A DNA stretch of 64,000 nucleotides from Candidatus Eiseniibacteriota bacterium (GCA_963702435.1 CAVPCR010000002.1:320001-384000); one strand, 5' to 3'; shown: positions 10,181 to 20,545, counted from the stretch's first letter. Notes: generated by a model not told the origin, from the sequence alone. Program-made: numbers and translations.

Positions 10181-11356
10181 CTACCCGTCCCGCCGCCCGC
10201 CGGGCGCCGCTTCCACCTTGACCGGGATCTCCGAGCGCCGGCCCTCGCGCTCGACGTCGAGGCGCACCGTGCCGCCGACGGGCGTCCCGAAGATGAGGCG
10301 CTGCGCCTCCCGCGTCGAGGTGACACGCGCGCCGTTCACGGCCCGGATCACGTCGCCGACCCGGACCCCGGCCCGGAAGGCCGGGCTCCCGCGGTCGATC
10401 GCCGACACCACGAGCCCCTTCCGGTCCTGGATCGCGAGCTGCTCGGCGAGGAATGGCGAGATCTCCTGCACCGAGATGCCGATCCAGATGTCGCGCACCT
10501 CGCCGTAGCGCACGATCTCGTCCACCACCCGCTTCACCGTGTTGATCGGGATCGCGAATCCCATCCCCAGCGAGCCGCCGGCGGCCGAGAAGATGAACGT
10601 GTTCACCCCGATCACCTGCCCGTCGCCGTTCACGAGCGGGCCGCCCGAGTTTCCGGGGTTGATCGCGGCATCGGTCTGGATCATGTCCTTGTAGATGCCG
10701 CCGGTCTGGTTGTCCGCCTTGACGTCGCGATGGAGCGCCGAGATGACCCCGGCGGTGACCGACGGATGGTTGTCGTTGAGCAGGAAACCGAACGGGTTAC
10801 CGATGGCGATCGCCCACTCGCCGATGATGAGATCCTCGGAGTCGCCGAGATCGATGGCCGGGAGGTCCGGTCCCTCGATCTTGATCACCGCGATGTCGTA
10901 GTTCTGGTCCGCCCCGATCACCTGCCCCGGGAACTCCCGGCTGTCGGGAAGGGTCACCCGGATCGACTCGGCGCCGTGGATCACGTGCTCGTTGGTCACC
11001 ACGTAGCCCTGCGGATCGATGATGAAACCCGACCCGAGCGACGGCACCTCGTAGCGGCGAGCGGGATAGAGATCGCGGAAGAACTGGTCGAACCACTGGT
11101 CCTGGAACGGCGTGAGAGGATTCTGCGTCACCTGCGTGCGCACGGTGGTGATCGACACGCAGGCCGGTCCCGCGAGCTCGGCGGCGGCGACGATCGCCGT
11201 TCGCCGCGTGCGCTCGATCGAGCCCGCCCCGCTCCCGCTCGCCGCGGTCCCGCCCGCGAGGCCCGGGTCCGCCGGGACGGCGGCCGGCCATGCCGCCGCC
11301 AGGACGAGCATCCAGGCGAGCTCGCGCACCCTCCTTGCCGACCGGCACCCGTCCAT
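10181..11356 (-). CDS. HtrA/DegQ-family trypsin-like serine protease with one PDZ domain
   Basis: GSGFII, VTNEHV, DIAVIK, QTDAAINPGNSGGPL; signal peptide-like N-terminus. Start uncertain. Confidence 0.92.
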   Translation of the reverse strand: MDGCRSARRVRELAWMLVLAAAWPAAVPADPGLAGGTAASGSGAGSIERTRRTAIVAAAELAGPACVSITTVRTQVTQNPLTPFQDQWFDQFFRDLYPARRYEVPSLGSGFIIDPQGYVVTNEHVIHGAESIRVTLPDSREFPGQVIGADQNYDIAVIKIEGPDLPAIDLGDSEDLIIGEWAIAIGNPFGFLLNDNHPSVTAGVISALHRDVKADNQTGGIYKDMIQTDAAINPGNSGGPLVNGDGQVIGVNTFIFSAAGGSLGMGFAIPINTVKRVVDEIVRYGEVRDIWIGISVQEISPFLAEQLAIQDRKGLVVSAIDRGSPAFRAGVRVGDVIRAVNGARVTSTREAQRLIFGTPVGGTVRLDVEREGRRSEIPVKVEAAPGGRRDG

Positions 11357-11373
11357 GGCCGCTCAGTCCCGCG

Positions 11374-12042
11374 CTAGACGGCCGCGGCCTTCGCCGAGCG
11401 CGCCTTCACCTTCTCCCAGTCGGCAAGGAAGCGCTCGAGGCCGATATCGGTGAGCGGATGCTTCACCATCTGCTCGAAGACCTTGTACGGCATGGTGGCG
11501 ATATCGCTCCCGGCGAGCGCGGCCTCGACCACGTGCAACGGATGGCGGATGCTCGCGGTCAGGACCTCGGTGTCGAAGTCGTAGTTGGCGTAGATCGCGC
11601 AGATCTCGCGGATCAGGTCCATGCCGTTCGCGCTCGCGTCGTCGAGGCGGCCGATGAACGGGCTCACCATGCTCGCCCCCGCCTTGGCGGCGAGGAGCGC
11701 CTGGTTGGACGAGAAGACGAGCGTGCAGTTGGTGCGGATGCCTTCCTTCTTGAGCTGGTGAATGGCACGCAATCCGGCCGGCAGGATCGGGATCTTGACC
11801 ACGACGTGCTGGTGGATCTTGGCAAGCTCGCGCCCCTCCCTGAGCATCCCCTCGGTATCGGTGGCGACCACCTCGGCGCTCACCGGGCCGTCGACGATCT
11901 TGCAGATCTCGCGCACGATGTCCCTGAAGTCGCCCGACTCCTTCGCAATGAGGCTCGGATTGGTGGTGACGCCGTCGAGGACGCCGAGACTCGCTGCCTG
12001 CCGGACCTCCTCGATGTTGCCGGTGTCGAGAAAGATCTTCAT
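11374..12042 (-). CDS. Transaldolase / fructose-6-phosphate aldolase (small type)
   Basis: [37 protein letters not shown]. Confidence 0.93.
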   Translation of the reverse strand: MKIFLDTGNIEEVRQAASLGVLDGVTTNPSLIAKESGDFRDIVREICKIVDGPVSAEVVATDTEGMLREGRELAKIHQHVVVKIPILPAGLRAIHQLKKEGIRTNCTLVFSSNQALLAAKAGASMVSPFIGRLDDASANGMDLIREICAIYANYDFDTEVLTASIRHPLHVVEAALAGSDIATMPYKVFEQMVKHPLTDIGLERFLADWEKVKARSAKAAAV

Positions 12043-12839
12043 CGCTCTCCCTCTTCTTCGCGGCGCTCTGCGTTCGCCGGCGGGCGCTGGCCGCCGGCGC
12101 CGGGCGCCGTCCCGTAGCGCACCCAGACCAGGCAGAGCCCGGCGGCGGGTGCGGCCGCCGGGCGTGGATTCGCGGGCGGGCGGTCGAGCCGCGCCGCCAC
12201 CCAATCCGGCGCCGATCGCCCCCGCCCCACCTCGACGAGCGCTCCCACGAGGAGTCGCACCATGCGGGTCAGGAAGCGATCGGCCACGATCCGAAACCGA
12301 TAGCCGCCGGCGGCGATCGTCCACTCGGCGGCGGTGACCCGGCAGCGACCGGTCTGTTCCTCGCGATCGACGACCGCGAACCCGCGGAAGTCGTGCTCGC
12401 CGAGGAGACCCGCGCTCGCGGCGCGGAGCGCGGCGAGATCGAGCCGCTCGCCAAGCGCCCATGCGACGCGCCGGTTGAACGGCGACGGCCGGCGCGCGAT
12501 CGCATAGTGATAGGCGCGCGCCGTCGCGCTCCGGCGCGCGTCGAAGTCGCTCCCCACCGGGGCCATGCCTTTGAGCCGGACGTCCGCCGGGAGGAGCGCC
12601 GCGAGCCCGCGCGCGATCGTGTCCCGGCTCCGCGGCCCCTCGTAGTCGAAGTGCGCGACCTGGCCCGCGGCGTGACAGCCGCGATCGGTGCGCCCGGCCC
12701 CGGTGACGCGGACCCGGACCCCGAGGAGCTCGGCCAGCTCCGCCTCCACCACGCCCTGGACGGTACGCGACCCGGGCTGGATCTGCCAGCCCCCGAAATC
12801 CGTGCCGTCATAGGCGAGATCCAGGCGGTAACGCGCCAT
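12039..12839 (-). CDS. truA: tRNA pseudouridine(38-40) synthase
   Basis: [45 protein letters not shown]. Confidence 0.95.
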   Translation of the reverse strand: MARYRLDLAYDGTDFGGWQIQPGSRTVQGVVEAELAELLGVRVRVTGAGRTDRGCHAAGQVAHFDYEGPRSRDTIARGLAALLPADVRLKGMAPVGSDFDARRSATARAYHYAIARRPSPFNRRVAWALGERLDLAALRAASAGLLGEHDFRGFAVVDREEQTGRCRVTAAEWTIAAGGYRFRIVADRFLTRMVRLLVGALVEVGRGRSAPDWVAARLDRPPANPRPAAAPAAGLCLVWVRYGTAPGAGGQRPPANAERREEEGER

Positions 12840-12846
12840 CCGCCGC

Positions 12847-13650
12847 TCACCCGCCGGCCCGGACCCGGCGATCGAGGAGGAGCGCGAGCCCGGCCCCGAC
12901 CGCAAGGGCGAGCGCGATCGCCGCCTCCGACCGGCCCCATCGATCCTCGCTCCGGCGGGTGGCCGCCCCGCTCGCGAAGCCCCGCGCATCGAGCGTGCGC
13001 GCGACCTCGTCCGCGCGGCGGAGGACCGCGCCGAGCAGCGGCAGGTAGAACGACTCGAGCGCGGCGCGGCGCGCGCCGAGTCCGCGGGCGACCGGCCGCG
13101 GCGGACGCGCAGCCTGGGCGAGGCGGATCCGCGCCGCCGCGCGCGGGATCTCGGGGGCGAAGCGGACCGCCAGCCCGAGCGCGAGGCCCACCCCGCAGAG
13201 CGCCGGGATCCGCCGCTCGAGAGGCCAGGTGAGGCGGGGAGCCAGGGCGGCGAGATCGTCCGCTCCGATGCCGACCGCGACCAGGCGGGCAACCGCGGCG
13301 AGCCCGACCAGACGCGCGGCGCGGGCGGCGCCGGCGGCGATCCCGGCGGCGGTCACGGCGAACGGACCGAGCTCGAGGAGCGCCGCCCCGGGCGTGGTGA
13401 ATGCGTTCAGGACCAGGGTGATGGCGCCGATTCCAGCGGCCAAGCGCAGAAACTTGCCAAGAGCAGGACCGCCGGCGACGATCGCCGCGCCGCTCAGGGT
13501 GAGGGCGAGAAACAGAGCGGGGCCGGGGCTGAGCGCAAGGAGGAGCACCGTGGCGATCGCCGCCGCAGCGAGACGGAGCCGCGGGTCGCCAAGGGCGGGG
13601 CGGGGCGCCCACAGAGCGTCGAGCCTTCCATGTAAGTCGTTGTTATTCAA
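12847..13650 (-). CDS. Energy-coupling factor transporter transmembrane component (EcfT/CbiQ family)
   Basis: DPRLRL N-terminal motif, multiple TM segments, AVRFAP...AQAAR and ARTLDARGF coupling motifs; lies upstream of truA. Probable TTG start. Confidence 0.75.
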   Translation of the reverse strand: MNNNDLHGRLDALWAPRPALGDPRLRLAAAAIATVLLLALSPGPALFLALTLSGAAIVAGGPALGKFLRLAAGIGAITLVLNAFTTPGAALLELGPFAVTAAGIAAGAARAARLVGLAAVARLVAVGIGADDLAALAPRLTWPLERRIPALCGVGLALGLAVRFAPEIPRAAARIRLAQAARPPRPVARGLGARRAALESFYLPLLGAVLRRADEVARTLDARGFASGAATRRSEDRWGRSEAAIALALAVGAGLALLLDRRVRAGG

Positions 13651-13692
13651 TATCTTGTCATCGAGGCTAGCACCCGTCCGGAGGCTTGTCAA
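13634..13692 (-). promoter_or_regulatory. Sigma-70-type promoter plus a downstream AT-rich dyad (candidate operator or IHF-like site)
   Basis: Minus strand TTGACA(13692-13687)-17 nt-TAGCCT(13669-13664); dyad AAG-N3-TTG-N5-CAA-N3-CTT at 13634-13656. Confidence 0.6.
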
Positions 13693-15155
13693 ACGGCCGC
13701 CGGCGGCCGGCGATGTCCGAGGAACGCCATGAGCGCGGTCGCCGCGAGGCAGAGTCCGGGGAGGAGATCCCCGATCCGCATGTAGCCCGTAACCCCGGTC
13801 CCGATCTCGACCGGAGCGACCACGGTGGCCGGCTCGAAGAGCCTCGTCGGGTGCGCGACCCGCCCGCCGCGATCCACGACGAACGAGACCCCGGTGTTGG
13901 CCGCCCGGGCGAGCCCCCGCCGGCACTCGATGGCGCGCGCGGCGGCCATCGCGGCGTGCTGGTACGGCCCGCCGCTCGCGCCGAACCACTCGTCGTTGGT
14001 CACGTTGACGAAGAACCCGGCGCCGGCCCGGGCATAGGCGCGACCGATGTGCGGGAAGATGGACTCGAAGCAGATCATGACCCCGACCGTGTCGCCGGCG
14101 GGCAGGGCGAGCGGCGTGAAGCCGGGTCCGCGATCGAAGTCGGCCTCTCCGAAGTCGATCCGCGCCAGGAACGGGAAGCGATCCTGGTAGGGAAAGGCCT
14201 CGCCGAAGGGGACGAGGTTCACCTTGGCGTACTCGCCGGTGGGCCCCTGCCCGGGTGCGATCACGAAGGCGGCGTTCGAGTAACGGCGAGCGCCGCCGGG
14301 ACGCCGGTCCACATCGGGCGCGCCGGTCAGGAGCGGCACGCCGAGGCGATCCACGAAGGAGGAGAGAAGGAAGCGGCAGCCCATGTCGAGCTTCAGGTAA
14401 CAGGTGGCGGCGGTCTCCGGCCAGACCACGAGGTCGGGCCGGGTGGGGCTCGCGGCCACCGCCTCCTCGCTCATGCCCATCAGGCGATCGAGGTTCGCGT
14501 TCCGGTGCTGCGGATCGAACTTGATCTCGTGCCCGATGTTGCCCTGGACGAGCGCCACCTGGATGGTGCGCGCGGGGCCGAGGTGCGCGAGGGCGTAGGT
14601 GCCGTGGGCGAGGGCACCGCCGACCAGGGCGAGGGCGGCCGCCGCGAAGGTGACGCGCCGCCGCCCGCGGGCCCTGAGCGCCGCCCACACGCAGCCGTTC
14701 ACCAGGCAGACGAAGAGACTGCCGCCGAAAATCCCGGTCTCGCTCAAGAACTGGAGGATGCGCGGCGTAGCGATGAGCCCGTAGCCCGACAGCACCCAGG
14801 GAAAGCCGAGCTGGGTCTGGCTCCGGAGGTACTCGCAGCCGACCCAGGCCACGGGGAGCGCGATCCACCACGGCACGCCGCGGCGCGCCCCGCGCCGCGC
14901 CGCCGCCTGGGCCGCGAACAGGAAGAGGGCGAGATAGGCGACCATGAGCGCGAAGGCGGGAATGATGAGCCCGGGGATGGTCACCTCGCCCGGCGGCAGG
15001 AAGAGGATCCAGTAGAGGAGGAGCGCGAAGTGGAGCATCCCGCCGAGGAAGACGATCCCGCTCGCCGCCCGCCGCCCGGTGGGCGTCTCCTCCGCGATGC
15101 GCACCGCGTCGAAGAACGGGACGAGGGCGATGAGGATCACCGGACCCAGGTGCAA
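13689..15155 (-). CDS. lnt: Apolipoprotein N-acyltransferase
   Basis: GFPWVLSGY, LVQGNI, VVWPETA, KVNLVPFGE, ICFESIFP, NVTNDEWFG, RAANTGVS. The frame appears to extend upstream (LAALAYPP), so the true start is probably further 5'. Confidence 0.93.
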   Translation of the reverse strand: MHLGPVILIALVPFFDAVRIAEETPTGRRAASGIVFLGGMLHFALLLYWILFLPPGEVTIPGLIIPAFALMVAYLALFLFAAQAAARRGARRGVPWWIALPVAWVGCEYLRSQTQLGFPWVLSGYGLIATPRILQFLSETGIFGGSLFVCLVNGCVWAALRARGRRRVTFAAAALALVGGALAHGTYALAHLGPARTIQVALVQGNIGHEIKFDPQHRNANLDRLMGMSEEAVAASPTRPDLVVWPETAATCYLKLDMGCRFLLSSFVDRLGVPLLTGAPDVDRRPGGARRYSNAAFVIAPGQGPTGEYAKVNLVPFGEAFPYQDRFPFLARIDFGEADFDRGPGFTPLALPAGDTVGVMICFESIFPHIGRAYARAGAGFFVNVTNDEWFGASGGPYQHAAMAAARAIECRRGLARAANTGVSFVVDRGGRVAHPTRLFEPATVVAPVEIGTGVTGYMRIGDLLPGLCLAATALMAFLGHRRPPAAV

Positions 15156-15293
15156 CGGCGGGTAGGCGAGCGCGGCGAGCCCGCCCGATGCGAGGAAGCG
15201 GAGCGCGAGCGCCCGCCGCGTGCGCGGCGGCAGCGGTGCGCGCGCGCCGGCGCCGTCGCGCCCCGGGCCGCCCCCCCGCGCCGACCGCCGCGC

Positions 15294-16301
15294 CTAGGCG
15301 AGCGCGACTTCACGACCGCTCTTGGCCGAGGCGTAGATGGCGTCGGCGAGCCGCATCATGGCCAGGCCGTCGGTCCCGGGCGAGAGCAGCGCTTCGTTGT
15401 TCCGGACGCAGGCCACGAAGTGCATGATCTCGCGGTCATAGGAGTGCTTGTAGAGGTTCTTCTGCGCGGGAGCGGCCGGCGTCACGTTGACCAGATTCCC
15501 GTGCATCTCCTTGTCGATGCGGAGCGGCAGGAGCGAGGCGGCGCCCCGCGTGCCGAAAGCGTTCAGGTAGGCAAGGTCGCGCTCGATGTGGAGCGACCAG
15601 CTCACCTCGACCGTGACGGTGAGGCCGTCCTTGCAGCGGATGAGGCCGACCGCCTGATCCTCGACCGCGTCGGGGCGGGGCCGGTGCACCTGGGCGCTCA
15701 CCGCCGTCACCTGGCGTTCGCCGGCGAGCCACATGGCGATGTCGAGCATCTGCACACCGAGGTCGAGCACCGCACCGCCGCCCGACATGGCGCGCTCGAC
15801 CTTCCAGCCGTAGCTCGCTCCGCGGCGGAGCCAACCCGTCTTGATGTAGTAGAGCTGCCCGATCTCCCCCTTCAGGATGAATCGGCGGAGGAGCTGCACG
15901 TCGTCGCGAAAGCGGTTGTTCATCGCGCACATGAGGATGAGACCCGCCTTCTCGGCCGCCTTGACCATGGCCTCGGCCTCGCGGCTGTTGCGGGCCATCG
16001 GCCGCTCGCAGAGGACATGCTTCCCGGCCCGGAGCGCCGCCACCGCCATCGGCGCGTGCAGGTGGTTGGGCGTGCAGATGTCGACCGCATCGATCGCCTT
16101 GTCGCGGAGGATCTCCTCGAAGTCGGTCACCGCGTTCGGGATCGCGAACTTCTGCGCCACGCCCTTGAGCCGCGCCTTGTCCTCATCGCAGACGGCGGCG
16201 ACCTGGACCTCGGGCTTGAGCTTCTGCCAGGCAGGCAGGTGGGACACCTGCGCGACCTGTCCCCCGCCGATGACCCCGATGAGAAGCGGCTTCTCTGCCA
16301 C
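15294..16301 (-). CDS. Gfo/Idh/MocA family oxidoreductase
   Basis: IGVIGGGQVA, ICTPNHLHA, GKHVLCERP, GGGAVLDLGVQ; GTG start preceded by GGAGG. Confidence 0.9.
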   Translation of the reverse strand: MAEKPLLIGVIGGGQVAQVSHLPAWQKLKPEVQVAAVCDEDKARLKGVAQKFAIPNAVTDFEEILRDKAIDAVDICTPNHLHAPMAVAALRAGKHVLCERPMARNSREAEAMVKAAEKAGLILMCAMNNRFRDDVQLLRRFILKGEIGQLYYIKTGWLRRGASYGWKVERAMSGGGAVLDLGVQMLDIAMWLAGERQVTAVSAQVHRPRPDAVEDQAVGLIRCKDGLTVTVEVSWSLHIERDLAYLNAFGTRGAASLLPLRIDKEMHGNLVNVTPAAPAQKNLYKHSYDREIMHFVACVRNNEALLSPGTDGLAMMRLADAIYASAKSGREVALA

Positions 16302-16367
16302 GTGCCCTCCCTGAGGCGCGACGTTCGGGGGCGCCCTTCGCACCCCGAGCCGGTCGCGGCGAACTGC

Positions 16368-16396
16368 AGCGTAGGAGAAGCCCCCGCTCCTTGCAA
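16368..16396 (-). promoter_or_regulatory. Candidate sigma-70 promoter of the oxidoreductase-lnt unit
   Basis: Minus strand TTGCAA-17 nt-TACGCT. Confidence 0.5.
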
Positions 16397-16539
16397 GCGC
16401 ACCGCGAGCGCGGCGGCCGCTAGCCCGGCGGCCGCCGCGCGGTCGCGGTCGCCGCCGCCGGCCCCGCCTCCGGCTCCGCGGGGAAGAAAGCCGCCGGGGG
16501 CTGCGCGGCGACGGTCTCCACCGCGGCCCCGGCGGTGCA

Positions 16540-17557
<1,018 letters not shown>

Positions 17558-17680
17558 GACGATATCCTCACGTCGGGGTCGCGGGTGATCTGGGCTCCAC
17601 CCAGCCGCAGAAGCGGCCGCGGCGGAACGGAACGACGCGGAGTCGCGAGGGGTCGGACCGGGGCGGGAAAGGGCGCGGCG

Positions 17681-19075
17681 TCAGCCGGCGAGCCGGATGT
17701 CGAGGTCGCCCACCGCGTGGCGGATGACCGGGAACTCCCCGCGCTCGTGGAGCCGGACGAGCGTCGAGACGATGCGCGAGTCGAACTGCGTCCCCGCATG
17801 CCGGCGGAGTTCGGCGATCGCCTCTGCGGGACCCATCCCCGCTCGGTACGGGCGATCGGAGGTCATAGCGTCGAAGGCATCGGCCACGAGCACGATGCGC
17901 GAGCCGAGCGGGATCGAGTTGCCTTCGAGCTGCGCCGGGTAGCCGGCGCCGTCGATGCGCTCGTGATGGCAGCGCACGAGATGGGCCACGGCCGAGAAGG
18001 CGCGGATCTTGGCCACGATGTCGGCGCCGGTCGCCGGGTGGCCCTGGATCTGCTCCCTCTCCTCGGGATCGAGGCGTCCCGGCTTCCGGAGGAGCACCGC
18101 CGGCTGTCCCACCTTGCCGAGGTCGTGGAGGAGCCCGGCGAGCCGGATCCGCTCCACCTCGGTCTCCGGCCGGCCGAGGCCCCGCGCCAGACGTTCGGCA
18201 TAGGAAGCGACCCGGATCGAATGGCGGCGGGTGTAGGGATCCACCTCCTCGATCATCGCGACGAGCGCGGTCGAGAAATCGACGAGGTCCGCGCGCATGT
18301 CCACGTACTGGCTGAAGGTGTGCCGCACGAGGAGGAGCGGCAGGAGGAAGAGGACGATCGCCGGGAAACCCCAGGTGAGATGGACGACCGCGACGAGCGC
18401 GCCGAACGGCAGCAAGGCGAGGAGCTGCCGGAGCGTCCAGCGGTAGTTCACCTGCCAGACGCGCCAGGGGTCGGTGCCGGCCTCCGCGGCGAGGGCGAGG
18501 CTCACGAGCCCGGTGTTGACGGCGAAGTAGGTGACGCCGAGTCCGCCGAGCGCGATCAGGTGCCGCGCATCGAGCGCGAAGGAGCCGAAGGATCCGCCGA
18601 GCCCCGCGTAGACCGCGCCGCCGGCGAAGGCGGCGAGCGTGTACGTGGCGAGGTTGTAGGCCAGCCGGACGATGTGCCGCGGGCGGATGAGGCCGTGCGC
18701 GACGGCGCCCGATATGACGTCGATCCACGCCGCCGCGAGCGGGCCGAAGAGAATGATGGCCGCGTAGTCGAAGGCCGACGACACGGTCATGAAGCCGCCC
18801 CGCGGCATGCGCACGGGCGAGAGCTCGGTCAAGACGAGGAGACCGATCCAGAGGCCGAAGAGGACGCGGTCCTGGGGCCCGATGTCCACCGCCGTCCGCG
18901 TCAGGCCGCCGAGGAGGAGCGCGGCCACCCCGATGACGCTCACCGCGAGGAGGAGAAGCGGGAGCGCGCGGCGGACGCGGGCGCGAAGACCGGTCGTGGC
19001 GGCCGCCCCGGCCGAGGCAAGGGTCGCGGCCAGGGAATCGAAACGCAGGAGCCGCGCGACTGGCGAGTCGTCCAT
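17681..19075 (-). CDS. Membrane-anchored HD-GYP c-di-GMP phosphodiesterase with a multi-TM N-terminal input domain
   Basis: About 7 hydrophobic segments, then DPYTRRHSIRV, LLHDLGK, HHERIDGAGYP, VADAFDAMTSDRPY, AGTQFD. Confidence 0.92.
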   Translation of the reverse strand: MDDSPVARLLRFDSLAATLASAGAAATTGLRARVRRALPLLLLAVSVIGVAALLLGGLTRTAVDIGPQDRVLFGLWIGLLVLTELSPVRMPRGGFMTVSSAFDYAAIILFGPLAAAWIDVISGAVAHGLIRPRHIVRLAYNLATYTLAAFAGGAVYAGLGGSFGSFALDARHLIALGGLGVTYFAVNTGLVSLALAAEAGTDPWRVWQVNYRWTLRQLLALLPFGALVAVVHLTWGFPAIVLFLLPLLLVRHTFSQYVDMRADLVDFSTALVAMIEEVDPYTRRHSIRVASYAERLARGLGRPETEVERIRLAGLLHDLGKVGQPAVLLRKPGRLDPEEREQIQGHPATGADIVAKIRAFSAVAHLVRCHHERIDGAGYPAQLEGNSIPLGSRIVLVADAFDAMTSDRPYRAGMGPAEAIAELRRHAGTQFDSRIVSTLVRLHERGEFPVIRHAVGDLDIRLAG

Positions 19076-19364
19076 GGTGCCCCGCTCGATCGCGCCGACC
19101 GCAGGGCAAACGACAGGCCCCGCGGGCGCAACGCTGATCGCGTGTTCCCGCCCCGGGGCACCACCGGCGGGGGGATTGTGCTCGATCCGCGCGCTCCGAG
19201 CGCGCGCGGCACTGCCGCGATGACTTCAGGCGGGCCGGGGCGAGCCGGCCCGCCGCGTACTCATGCTATCGGGTCCGGCGCCCACCCCCGGCCGCGCGGA
19301 TGCTCCGCCGGGCAGGGGCAGCGCCGATGAGAAAGGGAAGCCGACACCGCGAGAGCCGACGTAC

Positions 19365-19430
19365 CTACCAGCCAGCCCGCCCACCCAGGAGGGCTATGAT
19401 GAGATTGACCAGGCCGATCATGGCGAACAT
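19365..19430 (-). CDS. Unannotated 21-aa hydrophobic peptide MFAMIGLVNLIIALLGGRAGW
   Basis: Manual translation ATG..TGG TAG; AGGAGGT Shine-Dalgarno (plus-strand 19437-19443) 6 nt before the ATG; below the ORF-track length cutoff. Confidence 0.8.
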   Translation of the reverse strand: MFAMIGLVNLIIALLGGRAGW

Positions 19431-19444
19431 GGAGCCACCTCCTA

Positions 19445-19700
19445 TTCTAGACTGACCCCTTCCGTGGTGTCCGTCCGCCGGCTCGCGTCACCACGGCGAC
19501 GCGTCCGGTGGGGGGAGATGCTCCGCTAGCTCGTGGGTCCGCTCCGCTTGGGCGCAACGACCCCTCGCTCCCGGATGTCGGCTTCACCACCACTCGATCG
19601 GCCCGATCTTGGGCCGGGCCGTGAGGGCCGGTCAAGATCCTTTTGAACCCCCGGTCCGGTCTCCCGGAGAGGTCACGGGGGTGGAGGTCGGAGCGTCCTC
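19445..19700 (-). ncRNA. Candidate structured leader RNA of the peptide/HD-GYP transcript (strand not certain)
   Basis: Hairpins at 19484-19503, 19605-19639 and 19648-19681; 12-nt complementarity of 19574-19585 with 19337-19348. Confidence 0.45.
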
Positions 19701-19750
19701 CCGCTCGCGGACCACGGCCTGCTGGCTCCCGGCTCGAGGCCGATAGCGAT

Positions 19751-20545
19751 TCATAAACGCATTTTCCTGCAACACATTAGCCTATTCATCTCAGGCGCCA
19801 TCTGAGGGATCTCGAGGCCCGAAGAAGCGGGGTCAGAGATCCGCCCTACCTCGGCCTCAAGGACGTACTCGACCGCCTCCCGGTGCTTCAGGTGCGAGAA
19901 GATCCGGTTGATCGCATCGAGGGTGGCGTAGGTCGCCGACCTGAGATCGTCCTGCTCGCAGGGGCTCGACCCGGTCAGCGCCTTCTCGGTCCGCCCCTGG
20001 ATGAAGTGGACGAGAACGACCATCACATCGTCCCGGCCGACCCGCACCCGCTCGAGCCCGCCGAGCGAGAAGGACACCGCCTCGTCGATGAGCTGGGCGG
20101 TCGCGTTCAGGCAGGCCTCGGCCACCAGGTCGAGCACGCTCCCGCGGGTGGCCGGTCCGGCCGCCGAACCGAGGACATGGGTCTCGCCCAGGGAGAGCTC
20201 GACCTGGGCCTCGGTCCTGAGCCCTGAGGTGTTGAGACGCACATTCTCGAAAGCCGGCCGGCGCGGCGGCGCCTCGGCCAGCGCCCTCCCCTCCGGCGGC
20301 ACGAGGGTGAGCGGCGGAGTGGCGGCGACCGAGATCTTCCGGTAGTCGACCTCGATCCCACCCGTGGTCGCGAGGATCGCTTCGACATCCCGCACGAAAC
20401 GCCGCGACTCGCGGCTGCCGTCGGTCTGCACGAAGATCGCGCCGATCTCGTCCCCGTGCATGCGGACGTGCGCGCCGACCACGCCCGGCAAGCGCCGGAT
20501 GGCGTTCTCTGCTTCGTTTTTCCAGATGGGTCCCGCCTCCGTCAT
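19751..20545 (-). CDS. Conserved-looking hypothetical protein; C-terminal half resembles a LeuA regulatory-like fold
   Basis: GGAGGAGG RBS. N-domain IRRLPGVVGAHV...FVRDVEAIL...VDYRKISVA; C-domain EAQVELSLG...VAEACLNA...LTGSS...ATYATLDAINR. Confidence 0.8.
   Translation of the reverse strand: MTEAGPIWKNEAENAIRRLPGVVGAHVRMHGDEIGAIFVQTDGSRESRRFVRDVEAILATTGGIEVDYRKISVAATPPLTLVPPEGRALAEAPPRRPAFENVRLNTSGLRTEAQVELSLGETHVLGSAAGPATRGSVLDLVAEACLNATAQLIDEAVSFSLGGLERVRVGRDDVMVVLVHFIQGRTEKALTGSSPCEQDDLRSATYATLDAINRIFSHLKHREAVEYVLEAEVGRISDPASSGLEIPQMAPEMNRLMCCRKMRL

Noticed and set aside
19445..19700. c-di-GMP-I or -II riboswitch upstream of the HD-GYP gene
   Set aside because: The GGCAAA...GAAA...GACGCAAAG core and the class II kink-turn pattern are not recognisable; kept only as an unknown structured RNA.
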